Source of the DNA: Candidatus Saccharimonadota bacterium
Lineage (GTDB): Bacteria > Patescibacteriota > Patescibacteriia > 2-12-FULL-60-25
DNA: 32,000 nucleotides
Direction of reading: 5' to 3'
Assembly: GCA_016699205.1 (NCBI GenBank)
Contig: CP064964.1
Coordinates: forward strand, 270,001-302,000
How positions within the stretch are numbered: position 1 is the stretch's first letter; each line of letters opens with the position of its first letter. The notes under the pieces were generated by a model. It was given only the letters and a program-made list of their open reading frames with translations, ran no database searches and was not told the DNA's origin. The position numbers and the translations under genes were made by a program. Of this stretch, positions 27,818 to 32,000 are shown in pieces.

Positions 27818-28840
27818 ATGCCTCCATCCCCTATGCGCCCAGCGCGCCCATTCATCTACATCGTCGTAGCGTCAGTTGTTTTAACACTTTTGACCGTTGG
27901 TTTGATCTGGAAAGCTACAGAACAGGTTTTGCGTCTTAAGAACTCTAGTTTTGCCGAGCAGTCGCAGGGCACGGCGGGTGGCTTTGGCGGAGGCATGGCT
28001 GTTGGCTCGATTGCCCCCATGGCCATGGACGATGGTTATTTGGTGCAGCGAGAAGAGGCTGGCAAGGCCGCTGACATTGCCTACTATCCGTCACCGTCAC
28101 CAATCATGCCGCCGACGACTCCAGGCGCCGGACCAGATGACCGCGATCGCGTTGGACAAAAGATTATCCGCAATGGATCGCTCACCTTGCGCGTTGATGA
28201 TGCTTCCAAGCGTCTTGAAGAAGCGCGTTTGATCGCGGAGCAGAATGGCGGATTTGTCGCGAGTGCAAATTTGAATGATCGCGCCGGTGTAAAGACCGCG
28301 TATGCAACCTTGCGTATTCCGACGGATAAATTCCGTATCGTCGCCGACTCGTTAAAAATGCTCGCCTCGACGGTTTTTGATGAATCGGAAAATGGCCAAG
28401 ATGTGACGGACCAGTATGTCGATTTGGAGGCGCGTCTCAAGGCAGCAAAAGCTGAGGAAGCGCAGTACATGGAAATCTTGAAAGATGCACGCACGATTGA
28501 AGACACGCTCAATGTGACATCGCGTCTCGGTGAAGTACGTAGCCGTATCGAGCAGATGGAAGGCCAGATGCGCGGCCTTGAGGATAGAACGAGCTACGCA
28601 ACGTTGAGCGTCACCATGACGGAAGAAGCTCGCGTAGAAGCTCCTACACGCGTCTGGAAGCCAGGCGAGACGCTTAAAGAGGCTATGCGCGCCTTGGTCG
28701 AGAGTCTCCAGGGATTAGCCGATGCCTTGATCGCCTTTGCGGTATTCTTTGTCGGTCTTGTACTACCGATTCTCATTGTTCTTGGTTTGATTGCCTGGTT
28801 TGTACGCTGGATGCTGCGCCGTGTGATGGGTAAGAAATAA
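27818..28840 (+). CDS. DUF4349-like membrane protein inserted between the two transketolase subunit genes
   Basis: The protein has an N-terminal TM helix, a central region (IIRNGSLTLRVDDASKRLEEARLIAEQNGGFV...ATLRIPTDKF...DVTDQYVDLEARLKAAKAEEAQY...YATLSVTMTEE) and a C-terminal TM. This matches my recollection of the DUF4349 architecture. It starts 6 nt after the upstream stop, and its own stop overlaps the downstream start (TAATG). Confidence 0.75.
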   Translation: MPPSPMRPARPFIYIVVASVVLTLLTVGLIWKATEQVLRLKNSSFAEQSQGTAGGFGGGMAVGSIAPMAMDDGYLVQREEAGKAADIAYYPSPSPIMPPTTPGAGPDDRDRVGQKIIRNGSLTLRVDDASKRLEEARLIAEQNGGFVASANLNDRAGVKTAYATLRIPTDKFRIVADSLKMLASTVFDESENGQDVTDQYVDLEARLKAAKAEEAQYMEILKDARTIEDTLNVTSRLGEVRSRIEQMEGQMRGLEDRTSYATLSVTMTEEARVEAPTRVWKPGETLKEAMRALVESLQGLADALIAFAVFFVGLVLPILIVLGLIAWFVRWMLRRVMGKK

Positions 28841-29829
28841 TGACTATGCCAGCCGTTCCTCTTCATCCAAAACTGTTCCGCAAGGACGTCGAGCAAATCC
28901 CGACGCGTAATGGTTATGGGGACGGCTTGGTCGAGATCGGCAAGAAAGATAAACGCGTCGTCGTCCTGACGGGTGACTTGGCGGAGTCGACGCGTGCGCA
29001 TCTTTTTCAGAAAGCGTATCCGGATCGATTTGTAGAATGCGGGGTTGCCGAACAAAACATGATGGGTGTTGCGGCCGGCATGGCGCTGGCTGGAAAAATT
29101 CCATTTGTGAGCTCGTACGCCGTATTTGTCCCGGGAAGAAATTGGGATCAGCTGCGCGTGTCGGTTTGTTATACCGGCGCGAATGTAAAAGTGGCCGGCG
29201 CGCATGCCGGGATTTCTGTTGGTCCCGACGGTGCAACCCATCAAGCGCTAGAGGATATCGCCATTACACGCGTACTCCCCAATCTCACCGTGGTCGTTCC
29301 TTGTGATTATCTCGAGACAAAGAAAGCAACGATTGCGCTCGCTAAAATGGTTGGTCCAGCGTATTTCCGATTTGCGAGAGAAAAAACACCAGTGATGACG
29401 ATCGAGAAAACGCCATTCAAAATCGGTAAAGCAAATGTAATGCGCGAGGGAAAAGATGCGACGATCGCCGCTTGCGGACCGCTTGTCTATGAAGCGCTGG
29501 TAGCTGCCGAGCTACTCGCGAAAGATGGGATCGATGTTGAAGTCCTGAACTGTCATACGCTCAAACCTTTTGATGAAACGACTTTGGTGAAGAGCGTTAA
29601 GAAAACGGGCTGTTGTGTCACGGTTGAAGAGCATCAAGTCACCGGAGGTTTGGCCGGCGCTGTTGCCGAAACACTAGGCCGAAAGCAACCGGCGCCGATT
29701 GAAAATATCGGCATGCAGAATTCTTTTGGTGAATCCGGGGAAACCGAGGAGCTGCTCGCGAAATATGGAATGAAAGCGAGCGATATCGCTAAAGCCGTGA
29801 AGCGCGCGTACAAGCGTAAGCAAGGTTAA
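28840..29829 (+). CDS. Transketolase, C-terminal (pyrimidine-binding plus C-terminal domain) subunit
   Basis: The motifs IPTRNGYGDGLVEIG, FVECGVAEQNMMGVAAGMALAG, GATHQALEDIAITRVLPNL and a C-terminal domain are present. Length is 329 aa. Confidence 0.9.
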   Translation: MTMPAVPLHPKLFRKDVEQIPTRNGYGDGLVEIGKKDKRVVVLTGDLAESTRAHLFQKAYPDRFVECGVAEQNMMGVAAGMALAGKIPFVSSYAVFVPGRNWDQLRVSVCYTGANVKVAGAHAGISVGPDGATHQALEDIAITRVLPNLTVVVPCDYLETKKATIALAKMVGPAYFRFAREKTPVMTIEKTPFKIGKANVMREGKDATIAACGPLVYEALVAAELLAKDGIDVEVLNCHTLKPFDETTLVKSVKKTGCCVTVEEHQVTGGLAGAVAETLGRKQPAPIENIGMQNSFGESGETEELLAKYGMKASDIAKAVKRAYKRKQG

Positions 29830-29858
29830 TTTTTTGGTAATATTTAAACACAATTTGC

Positions 29859-29887
29859 TTGACAAAAGCCCCAAAAAGTGCTATAGT
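29859..29887 (+). promoter_or_regulatory. Near-consensus sigma70-type promoter (TTGACA, 17-nt spacer, TATAGT)
   Basis: TTGACA lies at 29859-29864, followed by a 17-nt spacer and TATAGT at 29882-29887. Confidence 0.6.
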
Positions 29888-29893
29888 TAATCT

Positions 29894-30055
29894 GAGTGCT
29901 ACAGCTTGTTTGTCTCAAGAAACGTCGCTAAGAACAGGGTTATTAGCAAAATTCTTGAGATGAGCCCTAGCTCACTCGTGCAGGTCAATACTTATTAAGA
30001 TTCAGGACGGATTTGCCTCCGGCGGCCGTCGTTTTTAGACCCCTATACGGGTCTT
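29894..30055 (+). promoter_or_regulatory. Structured 5' leader (about 170 nt) with a terminator-type hairpin upstream of the Nudix gene. It is a candidate riboswitch or attenuator of unknown class.
   Basis: P1 pairs GAGTGCTA (29894-29901) with TAGC(TC)ACTC (29968-29977). P2 pairs TCTCAAGAA (29913-29921) with TTCTTGAGA (29952-29960) and has an inner GCTAA/TTAGC stem. A terminator-like GACGG...CCGTC hairpin plus GTTTTT lies at 30006-30036. A further hairpin, AGACCC/GGGTCT, lies at 30037-30054, just before the ATG at 30066. Confidence 0.4.
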
Positions 30056-30065
30056 ATCATCGTCT

Positions 30066-30665
30066 ATGGAACAGTTAGAAATTGTACATGCCCGTAACGG
30101 GCAACCGACCGGCCAGATCCTCCCGCGCAATGAAGCGATTGCCGCGGAAGCTTGGTGCCGTTCAACCAACATCTTTATTTTGAACTCGCGCGGCGAGATC
30201 CTTTGTCATAAGCGCTCCATGCAAAAAGAACGCATGCCTGGCGCTTGGTACACCCATCTCGGCGGCCACGTTGGTGTTGGCGAGACTTGTGACGAGAATG
30301 CCTTAAAGGAAGTGATGGAAGAGGCTGGCATCGAGATCACGGCAGACCAGCTCGTAAAGTGGCGCACGACCCGCGCCGATGGTCCCCGCTTGTGGATGCA
30401 TGACTATGTCGCGCTTATTGATAAGCCGATTGAAGCGTTTACGCCTCAGCCGGGTGAAGTCGATGAATTCCGCTGGGTGAGCTTTGATGAAATCATGGCG
30501 AACCAAGAACTCTATCCAGATATCTGGTATCCGGGTTATCACGGTTTTAAGGCCGAGTATGAATGTATCCGTTCCGCCCTTGTCGCCGCCCATCACCTTG
30601 GAGCGATCGAAGTGCCGGAGGAACTTCATGGCTGGGCTCCGGGGCTACTCCTGCTCCCCGCCTAA
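30066..30665 (+). CDS. Nudix family hydrolase
   Basis: The Nudix box GGHVGVGETCDENALKEVMEEAGI matches GX5EX7[RK]EXXEEXGU. Length is 199 aa. Confidence 0.85.
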   Translation: MEQLEIVHARNGQPTGQILPRNEAIAAEAWCRSTNIFILNSRGEILCHKRSMQKERMPGAWYTHLGGHVGVGETCDENALKEVMEEAGIEITADQLVKWRTTRADGPRLWMHDYVALIDKPIEAFTPQPGEVDEFRWVSFDEIMANQELYPDIWYPGYHGFKAEYECIRSALVAAHHLGAIEVPEELHGWAPGLLLLPA

Positions 30666-30671
30666 GATCGA

Positions 30672-32000
30672 CTAGATTGCGCACCGCAAATCCTTCGGAT
30701 CAAAAACTGAAGGTTTTTGTTTTTTACCAGCGAGTATAGATGCAATTTTCTTACCGCCGTAAAGCGATGGAAGGATTCCGATTCCGTTACAACCAAGGTT
30801 GTACATCAAGACCGGGTTACAAGGCTCGGCGCCGATAATACGCAGACCTGTTTTGGTGTAGCCCATGAGCCCATGCCAGTAAAAATCAAATTCTTTTCCG
30901 ACTTCCGGAGCGTTTTGATAGGTTCTACGAATAAACGTTTGGAGACTTTTTGCGATCTTAGGCGGAAAAGCCGCGTTTCTGTTATACGTTTTATTTTCCG
31001 GCAGCATTTCCTCGGGTCCGCCGAGACATACCAGGTTATGCTGTACGCGCTTCTCGGCCTCATGCGGACGCCGAGTCAAATAAAAATAGATATCTCCCTG
31101 CTCTGATTTTTTGGTGTCTTTTGGAAAATAGCTGATTGCCGTCGGCGGACGATCGACCGGTTCAAGACAGGCGCTCATGTAGCCGATCGTTCCTTGAATC
31201 TCGGCATGGAAACGGCTATCAATCTCTTGCCCATAGCGGTTGATGAGCGTGATCTGCTCAAAACCATTGGTACAAAGGACGATATGCTTAGCATCAATAT
31301 GATGTCCATTTGAATGGAGGGAGGCGCCTTTTTCTTCCAGCTCTACAACACCGACCGGGCTGCGTTCAAAAAGCTGGAAACGATCCGGATAATTCTTCAG
31401 CAAGAATCCGGCGAGCTCCTCTGTGAATGTCGCCGAGTTGAGACAGCCTTTTTGCGCAGCAGCCGCCGCCTTGTATTGCGCATCGTCTGTCTCGAGCAGT
31501 GAGAGAATTTCCTTGTGCGAAACCACGCTAAAAAATTTGGAATAAGGCTTCAACTCTTCTGCCCAGGCTTCTGCGGCTTCATGCGAGACAAGATGGATAT
31601 CTGTTTTCATTCCTGCCTTGGAAAGCCAGAGGGTATCCTCAAGAAAAGAGGCGAACTGCGCTCCTGTAGAACAGCCGAGATAGCCGGTGCATGCGTAAAG
31701 CGTTGACGACATACTTGTTTCACGGATCACCTCTTCCAAGTCTGTCCAAGCCGTATTGATAGCGTCTTGCGCATGCGCAGCGAGATCAAGGCCGTATTCT
31801 GCAACGATTTCTTTTACCGGCTTCTCAAAATATGTCACGACTTGGCCGGCATTGTGACCAGTTGCGCCATGAGCAACAAGATTCGCCTCGAGCAAGATCA
31901 CGGATTTTTTTGTGTTCTTGAGCGTATAGTAGGCGGTCGATAATCCGGCGATTCCACCGCCGATGATCGCGATGTCGGCTTCTTTGTTGCCGTCTAGGCG
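30672..32000 (-). CDS. FAD-dependent oxidoreductase (DAO/glycine-oxidase-like). Its N-terminus lies at or just beyond the right window edge.
   Basis: The listed ORF starts at a GTG (31901), but the frame stays open to 32000. That extension encodes ...EADIAIIGGGIAGLSTAYYTLK, a classic GxGxxG FAD-binding Rossmann motif, so the true start is further upstream. Confidence 0.85.
   Translation of the reverse strand, partial: RLDGNKEADIAIIGGGIAGLSTAYYTLKNTKKSVILLEANLVAHGATGHNAGQVVTYFEKPVKEIVAEYGLDLAAHAQDAINTAWTDLEEVIRETSMSSTLYACTGYLGCSTGAQFASFLEDTLWLSKAGMKTDIHLVSHEAAEAWAEELKPYSKFFSVVSHKEILSLLETDDAQYKAAAAAQKGCLNSATFTEELAGFLLKNYPDRFQLFERSPVGVVELEEKGASLHSNGHHIDAKHIVLCTNGFEQITLINRYGQEIDSRFHAEIQGTIGYMSACLEPVDRPPTAISYFPKDTKKSEQGDIYFYLTRRPHEAEKRVQHNLVCLGGPEEMLPENKTYNRNAAFPPKIAKSLQTFIRRTYQNAPEVGKEFDFYWHGLMGYTKTGLRIIGAEPCNPVLMYNLGCNGIGILPSLYGGKKIASILAGKKQKPSVFDPKDLRCAI

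Overview
This 32-kb chromosomal segment reads like a streamlined Patescibacteria/CPR-type bacterium. That lineage call is an inference from gene content: split transketolase, giant Cys-rich surface proteins, a VanW-like protein, and few Shine-Dalgarno sites. The code is standard, with TGA used as a stop, and GC looks mid-range by eye outside one tract. Most genes are housekeeping: infB, truB, rny, trxA/trxB, ileS, proS, HU, tRNA-Lys(CUU), tRNA-Arg(CCG), and a non-oxidative pentose-phosphate cluster (rpiB, rpe, split tkt). Also present are Hsp20, VanW-like, Nudix, GFA-family and FAD-oxidoreductase genes, plus several secreted or surface proteins. Five points are not visible in the ORF track. 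(1) A minus-strand ORF of more than 1375 codons (1-4127) is missing from the track because it has no stop inside the window; it encodes a giant Cys-rich secreted protein. (2) The FAD oxidoreductase at the right edge continues upstream of its listed GTG to the window end, and that extension contains the dinucleotide-binding motif. (3) A tract dominated by poly-C and poly-G (15795-17098) generates all the poly-Pro and poly-Gly ORFs. It is most likely an assembly or base-calling artefact and possibly a false join. (4) proS carries an in-frame TAG and lacks a stop codon, and a FecR-domain gene is frameshifted. (5) Two promoter-to-terminator structured-RNA candidates exist, at 7.5-7.8 kb and upstream of the Nudix gene. 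I found no recognisable defence system, CRISPR array, transposase, integrase or prophage. The most credible candidates for undescribed biology are the giant surface-protein operon, the orphan structured RNA locus, the Nudix leader, and a GC-rich insulated Cys-rich lipoprotein cassette. None can be assigned a function from sequence alone.
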